This document shows, in pieces, positions 25,200 through 33,976 of a DNA stretch of 34,350 nucleotides. This DNA comes from a virus. Lineage: Duplodnaviria > Caudoviricetes. The stretch lies in IMG/VR virus record IMGVR_UViG_3300042399_001002, positions 1 to 34,350 of that record. One strand, 5' to 3'. The position numbers and the translations under genes are program-made. A model generated the notes under the pieces. It was not told the DNA's origin and did not search any database. It saw only the letters and a program-made list of their open reading frames with translations. Every line of letters begins with the position of its first letter. The first letter of the stretch is position 1.

Positions 25200-25882
25200 T
25201 GCAAAACAGTATAAAGTTGAGACTGATAATTTCAGCGTAATAAACCCAAGAGGTTTGTTATCAAGTATGCAAGCAAGTTATCAATTGAGTCCAGAGCTAA
25301 TCGGTGAGGATGAGGTTGGGAATGTAATGTTCCTGAGTCGAGAGACAATAAGAGAACTTGTAGGTTTAGAGTGAAGACGATTATCAAGTCGTAACGCTTT
25401 ACACCAGTGTTAAAGATGCATCTAATAGACAACAGGTGGTGCTGAGTCTGGCAGGTTGATACTACCAATTTCAACAATGTATTCTTGAAACATAGTGCAC
25501 GATAAAGCACAGTGACCAGTACAGTATTGATGAGTTCAAAAGATTTGTTATCTGTAGTGAAACCACTGGTTATATCAATAACAATACACTTCGATTTAAG
25601 GTAATTAAGTTCAAAAGTGTTTCACACATTAAAGTGAAAGGTGCTTACATAGTAATGGGTTGTCCATTGCACATATGACCCGAAAGGTTGTGTGTAATTT
25701 TATGAAATGATTGTGTCTGGTAGGCATACTAGCGTAGTTTGAGTAATAAGAGAGTAGCTTTGATGTCTAAGATTGGTTGACTATATTAACCAGCACTGAT
25801 CATTACAACTTAAAGGGTTGTGGATAAGGAAGGAATAAATAATCTTCTAAAGATGGTCGCAATAACGTATAATCTCAGCGTT
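25200..25882 (+). ncRNA. large structured ncRNA, GOLLD-like (5' boundary approximate)
   Basis: ~770-nt tRNA-free gap with no plus-strand ORF in the track, many hairpins with GU pairs, and a 3' end GTGGATAA...AATAA...AAAGA...ACGTATAATCTCAGCGT recalled as GOLLD-type. Confidence 0.6.
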
Positions 25883-25896
25883 GTTAATTTTTAAAT

Positions 25897-25972
25897 CAGT
25901 GTGTGACTGGAAAGGTTTCAGTCTTCGTTTGGAACGAAGAATATGTAGGTTCGAGTCCTACCACACTGACCA
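25897..25972 (+). tRNA. tRNA-Pro (TGG)
   Basis: Cloverleaf, loop TTTGGAA, C1-G72, ACCA. Confidence 0.9.
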
Positions 25973-26112
25973 AATTTATAAATTAAATGTATCAACCAAC
26001 CCAGATTAAAAGGTAGTTGCAGGATACAGAGGTTTTTTTAATGAGATCGAGACTCAGGGAGGGGTAATACCCTGCTATCAACACCTTGGTATATTTAATT
26101 TATGAAGTTTAT

Positions 26113-26188
26113 AGCCTGTTAGCTCAATCGGGAGAGCGTTGCACTGTCACTGCAAAGGTAGCGAGATCGAAACTCGTACAGGCTGCCA
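26113..26188 (+). tRNA. tRNA-Asp (GTC)
   Basis: Cloverleaf, loop CTGTCAC, GCCA. Confidence 0.92.
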
Positions 26189-26384
26189 AATGTTCACAAC
26201 CTAGTATGATGTGAATGATAGTCTTAGCGGATCGTCAGACGTACATTGCGGATATGGTTAAGCTTAAGGCTTCCTTGTGAAAGTAGTGATCTGGTCTAGA
26301 ACGGATTGCGATTATGTGTGACAGCTATTAGCTCACCGTTGAAAGAATACGGACAAGTCGGCTCAACTGTAAAACACACTTAAT

Positions 26385-26462
26385 GCTCAGATGAAGGAAA
26401 TTGGTAAACCTTTCTGTCTTAGAAACAGAAGCCTGTGAGTTCGAGTCTCACTCTGAGTACCA
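26385..26462 (+). tRNA. tRNA-Leu (TAG), short variable loop
   Basis: Cloverleaf, loop CTTAGAA, ACCA. Confidence 0.88.
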
Positions 26463-26468
26463 ATTTAT

Positions 26469-26545
26469 GCGCCTATAGTTCAATTGGATAGAGCATCTGC
26501 CTTCTAAGCAGAGAGTTTCAGGTTCGAGTCCTGATGGGCGCACCA
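26469..26545 (+). tRNA. tRNA-Arg (TCT)
   Basis: Cloverleaf, loop CTTCTAA, CCA. Confidence 0.93.
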
Positions 26546-26659
26546 AGATTTTAAAATAGAGTAAACATAGCAGATTTAGTATGTGGTAGGAAAACGATGA
26601 GATACCTCACACCACAGTAAAGGTTCTTCTTCCGTTGTTTATTCTCTTTTATGATTATT

Positions 26660-26734
26660 GCTGGATTAATATAAAGGCTATTATGCTTGTTTTGTAATCA
26701 AGTTATGGCGGTTCGAGTCCGTCATTCAGCACCA
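26660..26734 (+). tRNA. tRNA-Thr (TGT)
   Basis: Cloverleaf, loop TTTGTAA, ACCA. Confidence 0.9.
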
Positions 26735-26813
26735 AATGATGTCGTAGTGATTCGACGTTAAACTCACTACAATTACCCCGTGTCGTGGTGATGGACATTA
26801 AACATCACCCAAT

Positions 26814-26888
26814 AAGTTGATGTTGTAACGGTAACATGCTGGCCTCCAAAGCCATGCGTTCTGGGTTCGAATCCTAGTCGGCTTGCCA
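26814..26888 (+). tRNA. tRNA-Trp (CCA)
   Basis: Cloverleaf, loop CTCCAAA, GCCA. Confidence 0.88.
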
Positions 26889-26952
26889 AGTTTAAAAAGT
26901 TTATTGCACCTTACGGAAGTGATCAAATAACCTTCTGGAGCTGCAATTTAAT

Positions 26953-27027
26953 TGTCGTGTGGTGTAAAGGTTAGCACTTTGGAATTTGACTCCAACAGTT
27001 ACCGTTCGAATCGGTACATGACTGCCA
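26953..27027 (+). tRNA. tRNA-Gln (TTG)
   Basis: Cloverleaf, loop ATTTGAC, GCCA. Confidence 0.9.
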
Positions 27028-27034
27028 TTTTAAT

Positions 27035-27113
27035 AGTCCTGTAACTCATAGTTGGTTAGAGTACCATGCTCATAACGTGGAGGATTAGGGTTCGACTCCC
27101 TAGAGGACTACCA
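27035..27113 (+). tRNA. tRNA-CAT (Met or lysidine-modified Ile2)
   Basis: Cloverleaf, loop CTCATAA, ACCA. Confidence 0.85.
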
Positions 27114-27128
27114 ATTTATTTTTATTAT

Positions 27129-27166
27129 GACCCCTATCATTCAACAGAATCGCTTAGGGGTTTTTT
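27129..27166 (+). terminator. terminator ending the tRNA cluster
   Basis: GACCCCTA...TAGGGGTT followed by a T-run. Confidence 0.65.
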
Positions 27167-27195
27167 ACGTCTTGAAGAAAACTCATGGAGGAAAT

Positions 27196-27462
27196 ATGGC
27201 GGTTAAGATTCTTAAATTTGGTGCTACATGGTGCAATGCCTGTAATCAAGCAGACAAATATTTAGATCGTACAAGTGGTGATCGTGAACTAGAAGTTCAG
27301 AAGATCGATGTCGATGCTAGTGAAGAACTGGCAGTTAAATATAACATTCGAAGCATTCCTACATTCGTTGCTGTTAAACCTAACGGTGATATTGTTGGAA
27401 CCATTGTTGGTTTCGATAGTAAGAAATTAGAAGAGTTCTTCGAAAACGTTAAACGTAAATAA
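27196..27462 (+). CDS. thioredoxin
   Basis: FGATWCNAC active site, KIDVD, IRSIPT; GGAGG SD before ATG 27196. Confidence 0.9.
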   Translation: MAVKILKFGATWCNACNQADKYLDRTSGDRELEVQKIDVDASEELAVKYNIRSIPTFVAVKPNGDIVGTIVGFDSKKLEEFFENVKRK

Positions 27463-27474
27463 GAGGATTTAATT

Positions 27475-28227
27475 TTGAAATACGGTGATAGAGGCCCATT
27501 AGTGGTCAAACTGCAACAAGCGTTGCAAGCACATAAACTACTACCTCAAAACACTGGCAAAGTTAAACACGATGATGGAATCTTCGGGAGAGGAACAGAA
27601 AATGCTGTTAAAGCCTTCCAGAAGATTATCGGTGTAGATCAAACAGGGATTGTTGGAAACTACTTTGCACAAAAGATTGGAATTAATATCAACCCCATGA
27701 AAACCATTGTTCTGACAGCAGGTCACAACAACAAGGATTCAGGTGCCGTATCTAAAGATCAAAAGTGGACAGAAGCTAAGATTGTTACAGACTTGAGAAA
27801 TCGAGTTAAGACTATTCTTGAAGCTTATGGGTACACAGTCATTACAGACGGTAAAGGGGAAGAGAATTTAAGTCTATCTAAAGCAGTTGCATTGATCCCA
27901 ATGGGAGAAGTAGCTATTGAGCTTCATCTCAATGCAGCAGTATCTGAACAAGCCAATGGTATTGAAGCGTTAGCTAAATCTAACCTTAAATCAAAATGCC
28001 AGACGCTTTGTAAATCGATCTCCGATGATATGAAGTATAAGATCAGAGGTGCAGATGGTGGATGGAAATCTACTGATTCTGGGCAACATAGTCGGTTAGC
28101 CTTCTGTGAAGCTGGTGGAATTATCTTGGAAGTTTTCTTCATTTCGAATAAAGCTGAGTTAGATAGTTACATTAACAATCCTGATCGAGTAGCTAAAGCA
28201 ATCGCTGACGCAATCAAAAAACTCTAA
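27475..28227 (+). CDS. modular endolysin: peptidoglycan-binding domain plus N-acetylmuramoyl-L-alanine amidase (Amidase_3)
   Basis: DGIFGRGTENAVKAFQ...TGIVG; AGH, ELHLNA, ILEVFFISN. Confidence 0.9.
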   Translation: MKYGDRGPLVVKLQQALQAHKLLPQNTGKVKHDDGIFGRGTENAVKAFQKIIGVDQTGIVGNYFAQKIGININPMKTIVLTAGHNNKDSGAVSKDQKWTEAKIVTDLRNRVKTILEAYGYTVITDGKGEENLSLSKAVALIPMGEVAIELHLNAAVSEQANGIEALAKSNLKSKCQTLCKSISDDMKYKIRGADGGWKSTDSGQHSRLAFCEAGGIILEVFFISNKAELDSYINNPDRVAKAIADAIKKL

Positions 28228-28351
28228 GGTATTCAGGTCGTTTGAGTGTAATGCCCGACCTTGAAATCGTTTAGCCTTGTACGAAAACAAGGCAACCTTA
28301 TTATAATTATGTTATCATGTGAGATTATTCTGTTAATAGAGGTAATCAAAT

Positions 28352-28729
28352 ATGAGTGACTTATTGTTACTACTTTCGTTGGTTGTTTTCCATGAAGAAC
28401 GTGGACAACCAAAACAATGTCAATATGCAGCTTTGGAAGTTGTTTACAATCGATCAGAACATCCTGATTTTCCAAGCAATCCTAAAGCGGTTATTCGACA
28501 ACCATCTCAGTTCTCTTGGACAAGAAACCTATCTAACCTTAAAAAGCCTACCTATGAATTAGATACATGGTCGGAATCAGTTAGAGTTGCTAAAGATTTC
28601 TTATCCAATCGAACAAACTATACTAAAGGTGCTATCTACTTCAATGCTCGACATATGGGAGTTAGATATAAGACACCGGACAATAAAGGCAAACCATTAT
28701 TAACTTGTGGTAAGCATGTTTATTTTTAA
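28352..28729 (+). CDS. SleB-like cell wall hydrolase (Hydrolase_2)
   Basis: HEERGQ, VVYNR, FP, QFSW, GAIYF, GKHVYF. Confidence 0.88.
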   Translation: MSDLLLLLSLVVFHEERGQPKQCQYAALEVVYNRSEHPDFPSNPKAVIRQPSQFSWTRNLSNLKKPTYELDTWSESVRVAKDFLSNRTNYTKGAIYFNARHMGVRYKTPDNKGKPLLTCGKHVYF

Positions 28730-28746
28730 CAACAAGGAAGATAGAT

Positions 28747-29103
28747 ATGTCCATCAACGATTTACCGTCTTACAAAAGGAATAAGAGAGTTAATAGTCTT
28801 GACACACTTATCAGTAAGACGAATACCCACGTTGTTGAGGCTCTAGATAAAATTGTAGAAATTATGAATGATTCCGAAGCTAAGACTTCGGATGTTCTAA
28901 ATGCGAGTGCTAAATACATTCAGTTCTACATTATGTTTAGAGACAAGCAACAAGATTGGGAAGATAGAGAATTGAAACGAGAGTTGCTAAAACTCAATAT
29001 CAAACAAAAGAAAAACCCTACCTCAGATAATTCAAAACCAGAAGATACTAACATTTTTAGTATTGATTACAACGGTGAGAATGACGAATTCCTTGCAAGT
29101 TAA
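28747..29103 (+). CDS. putative terminase small subunit
   Basis: Helical 118-aa ORF directly upstream of terL; assignment is positional. Confidence 0.5.
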   Translation: MSINDLPSYKRNKRVNSLDTLISKTNTHVVEALDKIVEIMNDSEAKTSDVLNASAKYIQFYIMFRDKQQDWEDRELKRELLKLNIKQKKNPTSDNSKPEDTNIFSIDYNGENDEFLAS

Positions 29104-29114
29104 GGAGTTCATAA

Positions 29115-30578
29115 ATGAGTAGGATAGCATTAAAACCGTCAAGTCCTAGACAAGAAGAATTCTTAAAATCCAATGCCTATATTACCGTTTACGGTGGTAG
29201 CGCAGGTAGTGGTAAAACTTATCAAGGATTGATGAGGTTTTTAAGATACACAAATGATCCAGACTTTGTAGGTTATGTAATTCGTAAAAACGCCACCGAC
29301 TTGAAAAAGACAGGTGGTGCTTTCAAAACCGCATTAAAGATGTTCAAGCCATTCGGCATAACTCATACAAAACAACCAATGGTTATCACCTTCCCTTCTG
29401 GTGCCACAATCGAATTCATCGGTTTGGATGGTGAAGAAGGCATGGACAAGATCCAAGGTCTTGAAATCTCTGCCTGTATGATTGACGAAGCAACACATAT
29501 TGAAGAAGAAGCCTTCTGGTGGACACTTTCACGACTTCGTACAAACGCCAAGATGGAACCAAACATTTGGTTAACCTGTAACCCTGATCCAGACAGTTTC
29601 GTATTTAACTTTGTTGAACCATACATCTACCCTAAAGGTACGGTGGTTAATAATGAGTTAGTTGAAGGACGTGTTGATCCAGCCAAGAATGGTCAGATTC
29701 TATACTTCATGCGAATCGATGAAAAGATCGTATTCAGAGAGTCAATTGAGGCTTTCTATAAAGAATTCCCAGAAGATGTAAATCCAGAATCAGAAGACCA
29801 ACCTGAAACATTTAAGTTTATTGGTGCTACGTGCCACGATAACCCAGAGATGTTGAAAAAGAACCCTAAGTATGTCGGAACGTTAAGACGTTTACCACGT
29901 ATTGAACGTGAAAGACTTTACTATGGAAACTGGTTAGCTCGACAAGAGGAAGGTGGTTACTTCAAGAAAGCTTGGGTAGAACCATTGTTAACCTCTGTTC
30001 AAGGATTTGAGTTTACGAGATTCATCAGGTGTTGGGACTTAGCAGCATCGTTGGAATCAGAAGCAACACCAAACCCCGACTACACAGCAGGTGTCCTTAT
30101 TGGAAAAACTAAGTGTGGTAAATACATCATCTTAGATGTTGTTAGGGATCGTAAACGTTCAGGTGAAAACATTAATTGGATTGGTCAGATTGCAAGAGAA
30201 GATATGGCTCGTTACGGTGAAAGATCGTACAGCTTTTACCTTCCACAAGATCCAGCAGCAGCAGGTATTACAGCTCGAATCTTCCATGTTGAGAAATTCA
30301 ACGAGATGGGATTAGGTGCCAAGTTTATCAAGGTGGGGACATCAAGAAGTAAACTTAAACGTTTTGAGCCTTTTAGTGCCAGTGCGGAAGTTGGATTGGT
30401 TTATGTAATGAAAGCCGATTGGAACGATATGTATTTTTCAGAAATGGAAGCCTTTGACGGTGTTTCAAAGTCAAGACATGACGATATGGTGGATGCGACA
30501 TCGGACGCATTTAATGAATTGGCAACAACTAAAGAACTTCCTAAGTTTGATGGTAAGTTATTAAGATTAGTGAGGTAA
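29115..30578 (+). CDS. terL: terminase large subunit
   Basis: YGGSAGSGKT, IDEATH, TCNPD, RCWDLA, HDDMVDA. Confidence 0.95.
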   Translation: MSRIALKPSSPRQEEFLKSNAYITVYGGSAGSGKTYQGLMRFLRYTNDPDFVGYVIRKNATDLKKTGGAFKTALKMFKPFGITHTKQPMVITFPSGATIEFIGLDGEEGMDKIQGLEISACMIDEATHIEEEAFWWTLSRLRTNAKMEPNIWLTCNPDPDSFVFNFVEPYIYPKGTVVNNELVEGRVDPAKNGQILYFMRIDEKIVFRESIEAFYKEFPEDVNPESEDQPETFKFIGATCHDNPEMLKKNPKYVGTLRRLPRIERERLYYGNWLARQEEGGYFKKAWVEPLLTSVQGFEFTRFIRCWDLAASLESEATPNPDYTAGVLIGKTKCGKYIILDVVRDRKRSGENINWIGQIAREDMARYGERSYSFYLPQDPAAAGITARIFHVEKFNEMGLGAKFIKVGTSRSKLKRFEPFSASAEVGLVYVMKADWNDMYFSEMEAFDGVSKSRHDDMVDATSDAFNELATTKELPKFDGKLLRLVR

Positions 30579-30581
30579 TTA

Positions 30582-32021
30582 GTGGCTAAAAAAGAAGAAA
30601 TTGTAGCAGCAGCAGATAAGATCAGAATCCCTAGAGAGATTGGTAGTGTTGGTAATTATAAACCAAAAGCTATGCTCTATTCTGATATCTCAAGAGATCT
30701 TGACTTTCCTAAGTCAATTGAAACGTTTAGAGATATGACAGATGATGTAACTATTGCATCTGCCATTGCTGCTGTACAGGTTGTGAGTTCACGTATTCCT
30801 ATTTATGTTGAAGCTTACGATCAAAGCGATGAACACAAGGAACGTAAAGCTTTCCTAGAAAGTTGTCTAGAGGATATGGAACACAGTTTCCAAGATGCCA
30901 TTAAACAGATGATGACTTTTAGAACTTATGGTTTCTCTATTGCTGAAAAAGTTTACAGATTCAGAAGAAGAAAGAAAGGCAGTAAGCATGATGATAATAA
31001 AATTGGTATCAAGAAACTAGCCTTCCGACCACAGCATACAATCACAGAGTTTAGAATGTCCGATGATAATCGAGACTTCCTTGGTGTTGTACAAGGTGAA
31101 TTTAGTCATGGTTATGGTTCAAGAGAACGAAGAATTCCAATGAATCAAAATGGTGATGAAACATTCATCCCTAAGAGTCGTATGCTTCTGTTTGTTACAG
31201 ATAACACAACTGGTCTTCCTTATGGTCGTTCACCGTTGGTTGGATGTTATCAGACATGGAGAGATTTGCAAAAAGTTCAAGATCTTGAATATGTAGCAAT
31301 GAGTAAAAACTTAAACGGTTTACCTCTTGCAACACTACCAGCTAGATTCCTAACAGCAGATGCTGATGAGGATGAAGTTGATACTCGTATGTCGATTATC
31401 GATGGTATTAGTAAAGTTGGTATTGGTGAGCAATCCTCATTCGTACTGCCTTCTGATCGAGATCAAGATGGAAACCCTCTATTTGACCTAAAGCTTTTAC
31501 AAGCATCATCTTCAAACGTGACTTCAATCTCAGCAATTGTTTCAAGACTCAAAAAAGATATGAAGGAATTATTCTTCAATGACTTGGGTGATGAAGGAAC
31601 TGGTTCATTGTTGAACATGTTAGTTGAGAGTTGTATTAAAGAAATCTTTGAAGTTTTAAACCGAGATCTAATCCCAGAGTTATGGGAACTGAATGGTTGG
31701 GATATTACAAAAACTCCAAAGCTTAAATACGGATCTCTGAAAGAAGTCAACATGGCAGACTTTGCTAAAGCTATCCAGCAGTTATCAGCTACCAAGAACA
31801 TCGCTAAAACTCCAGACAACCTAAACATGATTGCTGAAATTATGGGTCTTCCATATCGTTTCGCAAGTGATGCCACTGAGGAAGAGATTGATAAGATCCT
31901 TCGAGTGGAAGAGAAAGATGAAAGTCGTTCTGGTGATGGTTATGAAAAAGGAAGTGGTAATGGAACATCCGACAAGGTTAGTGAAAAAGATAATTCTGCA
32001 AACAACCTATCCAATAAATAA
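30582..32021 (+). CDS. portal protein
   Basis: Follows terL; YGFSIAEKVY, PYGRSPL, LNRDLIPELWELNG. Confidence 0.9.
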   Translation: MAKKEEIVAAADKIRIPREIGSVGNYKPKAMLYSDISRDLDFPKSIETFRDMTDDVTIASAIAAVQVVSSRIPIYVEAYDQSDEHKERKAFLESCLEDMEHSFQDAIKQMMTFRTYGFSIAEKVYRFRRRKKGSKHDDNKIGIKKLAFRPQHTITEFRMSDDNRDFLGVVQGEFSHGYGSRERRIPMNQNGDETFIPKSRMLLFVTDNTTGLPYGRSPLVGCYQTWRDLQKVQDLEYVAMSKNLNGLPLATLPARFLTADADEDEVDTRMSIIDGISKVGIGEQSSFVLPSDRDQDGNPLFDLKLLQASSSNVTSISAIVSRLKKDMKELFFNDLGDEGTGSLLNMLVESCIKEIFEVLNRDLIPELWELNGWDITKTPKLKYGSLKEVNMADFAKAIQQLSATKNIAKTPDNLNMIAEIMGLPYRFASDATEEEIDKILRVEEKDESRSGDGYEKGSGNGTSDKVSEKDNSANNLSNK

Positions 32022-32033
32022 GGAGAATGATTC

Positions 32034-33428
32034 TTGTCAAGAGAGTTAATCAACCTACGAAAAAGAGTCTTCAATAAACCTCAGATGATTATGAGTGAAG
32101 ACTTCCAGACTATCGTAGAGTACATGATCAATCCAGAGAAAACAGGATTCAAAGCGAGTCCTGTAGTTCCTGAGATGAAACGTTCAGATTTTGAACGTGA
32201 TGAAGAATATAGAAAATACAGACTTGAACAGTTAGATATTGATCCAGAAACAATGCAAGGATACATCCCAATTGAAGGAACCTTGGTGAATCGGGCAGGT
32301 CAAGTTCAAGCATGTGTTGAATTAACATCGTATGAAGCAATCAAAGCGAAAATGCAAGCACAGATCAACGAAGGTGTCAAGCAGATCGTTATGGTTATCG
32401 ATTCAGGCGGTGGTGAAGCTTATGGTTGTTTTGCAACAGCCGACAAACTTCGAAAGATGGCAGATGACAATGATGTAAAACTCATTGCTTTCGTAGATGG
32501 TTATGCATGTTCAGCAGCTTACGCTCTGGCATCAGCAGCACATGAAATTGTTGCCAACCCTCAAGCCACAGTCGGAAGTGTTGGAGTTGTAGTACAGCTT
32601 ATGAATAACACAGAAGCTTTAAAGAAAGCAGGTTATTCAAGAACGTTCGTTTACGCTGGTGATAATAAAGTTCCATTTGATGCAGATGGTGAATTTGATA
32701 AGAAATTTATTTCTGACATTCAAGCATCGATCAATAAAACTTACAAGCGTTTCGTTAATCTTGTTGCCAATAATCGTGGTATCCAAGAAGCAGATGTTGT
32801 AAAGACGCAAGCCTCAGTATATGACGCTGATGAAGCAGTTGGTATTGGGTTTGTTGATAAGTTAATGGAAACGGATGAGTTCTTTGACGAATACTTCCCT
32901 TCTTTACGACAAACATCAAACCAATCTACTCAAATGAAAACAGAGGAAAATATGACAGTTGAAGAACTACAAAAACTAAAGGAAGAGGCTGCTAATACAG
33001 TTCTATTGAATGCTGAAACAGAAGCAGTTGTATCTCTTGCAGAGCTTACAGATCTTCGTGAAAAAGCTACTCAGTTTGAAACTACTCAAGCATTAGCTAC
33101 AGATCTACAGACCAAACTTGACGCTGCTCTAAAACGCACTCAGGAACTGGAAGATGAAATTGTTGAAGCTCAGGCTGATGCAGTGATCGCTACTCGTCAA
33201 GCAAAACTTGAAGAAGTGTTAGGTACTGAAAATGAACAAGTTGCTTCAATTCTATCTGCTACAGCAGCTCTTGATGATGCAGCATTCGGATTAGTTCTAG
33301 CTGGTTACGAAACATCTTTCGCCAAGAAAGAAGCAACGTTTACTGAACAAGGTAAGGCTCCAGAAGCTGAACAAAAACGCATGACTCTTGAAGATAAAAT
33401 CAAAGCCAAGTTGACTGCAACTAAATAA
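32034..33428 (+). CDS. prohead protease (S49) with C-terminal scaffold-like coiled coil
   Basis: IDSGGG, ACSAAYALAS, VGSVGV; helical A/E-rich tail. Confidence 0.9.
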   Translation: MSRELINLRKRVFNKPQMIMSEDFQTIVEYMINPEKTGFKASPVVPEMKRSDFERDEEYRKYRLEQLDIDPETMQGYIPIEGTLVNRAGQVQACVELTSYEAIKAKMQAQINEGVKQIVMVIDSGGGEAYGCFATADKLRKMADDNDVKLIAFVDGYACSAAYALASAAHEIVANPQATVGSVGVVVQLMNNTEALKKAGYSRTFVYAGDNKVPFDADGEFDKKFISDIQASINKTYKRFVNLVANNRGIQEADVVKTQASVYDADEAVGIGFVDKLMETDEFFDEYFPSLRQTSNQSTQMKTEENMTVEELQKLKEEAANTVLLNAETEAVVSLAELTDLREKATQFETTQALATDLQTKLDAALKRTQELEDEIVEAQADAVIATRQAKLEEVLGTENEQVASILSATAALDDAAFGLVLAGYETSFAKKEATFTEQGKAPEAEQKRMTLEDKIKAKLTATK

Positions 33429-33458
33429 TCAAAACCCCATAAGGAAATTAAATAAATT

Positions 33459-33938
33459 ATGAAATACGATCTTAATCAAAAACACCGTGTTGTTGTTCCG
33501 TCAGACGTTTTTGCTGCTGAACCTAGCAACGCAGCAGGTTGGGCGCGTTCAACAGTAAAACTAGCATTCACAGCAGGTCAAACTGCACGTGTTGGTTCTG
33601 TTATCGAATACGATCCAATCACTATGGAAGCTACACTTTCAGCTACAGGTGCTCCAGTTACCGAAGGTAATAAAATCGGTGTCTTCTTTGGACGTGATGT
33701 TCTAGTTGATCCTACTCACTTCGAACGTCTAGTTGCATCTCAAGCAATTGATGGTGATGAAGTTGATGTTGTAATCATGGCACGTGGTGACGGTTCAGGT
33801 CAGATTAGCCCAAGTTTCCTAGACTTCGCTGGTACTGACTACTACACACTAACTGCTGATCAACAAGCTGCTTTCCGAGCACTAGTAGAACAAGAACTTC
33901 GCTTCAAGTTCATCAAACAGCAAAAACGCATTGCCTAA
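33459..33938 (+). CDS. head decoration protein (putative)
   Basis: Position between protease and capsid gene; 159 aa, ARG motif. Confidence 0.65.
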   Translation: MKYDLNQKHRVVVPSDVFAAEPSNAAGWARSTVKLAFTAGQTARVGSVIEYDPITMEATLSATGAPVTEGNKIGVFFGRDVLVDPTHFERLVASQAIDGDEVDVVIMARGDGSGQISPSFLDFAGTDYYTLTADQQAAFRALVEQELRFKFIKQQKRIA

Positions 33939-33976
33939 TAGCAAATTTAACTAATAGAAAAAGGAATTAATAAACA

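Noticed and set aside
25232-25510. 92-aa minus-strand ORF
   Set aside because: Antisense to the tRNA operon, no convincing SD, and it lies within the structured RNA.
25130-25882. tmRNA, RNase P RNA or group I intron
   Set aside because: No tRNA-like ends with a tag ORF, no RNase P P4 signature, and no interrupted host gene.
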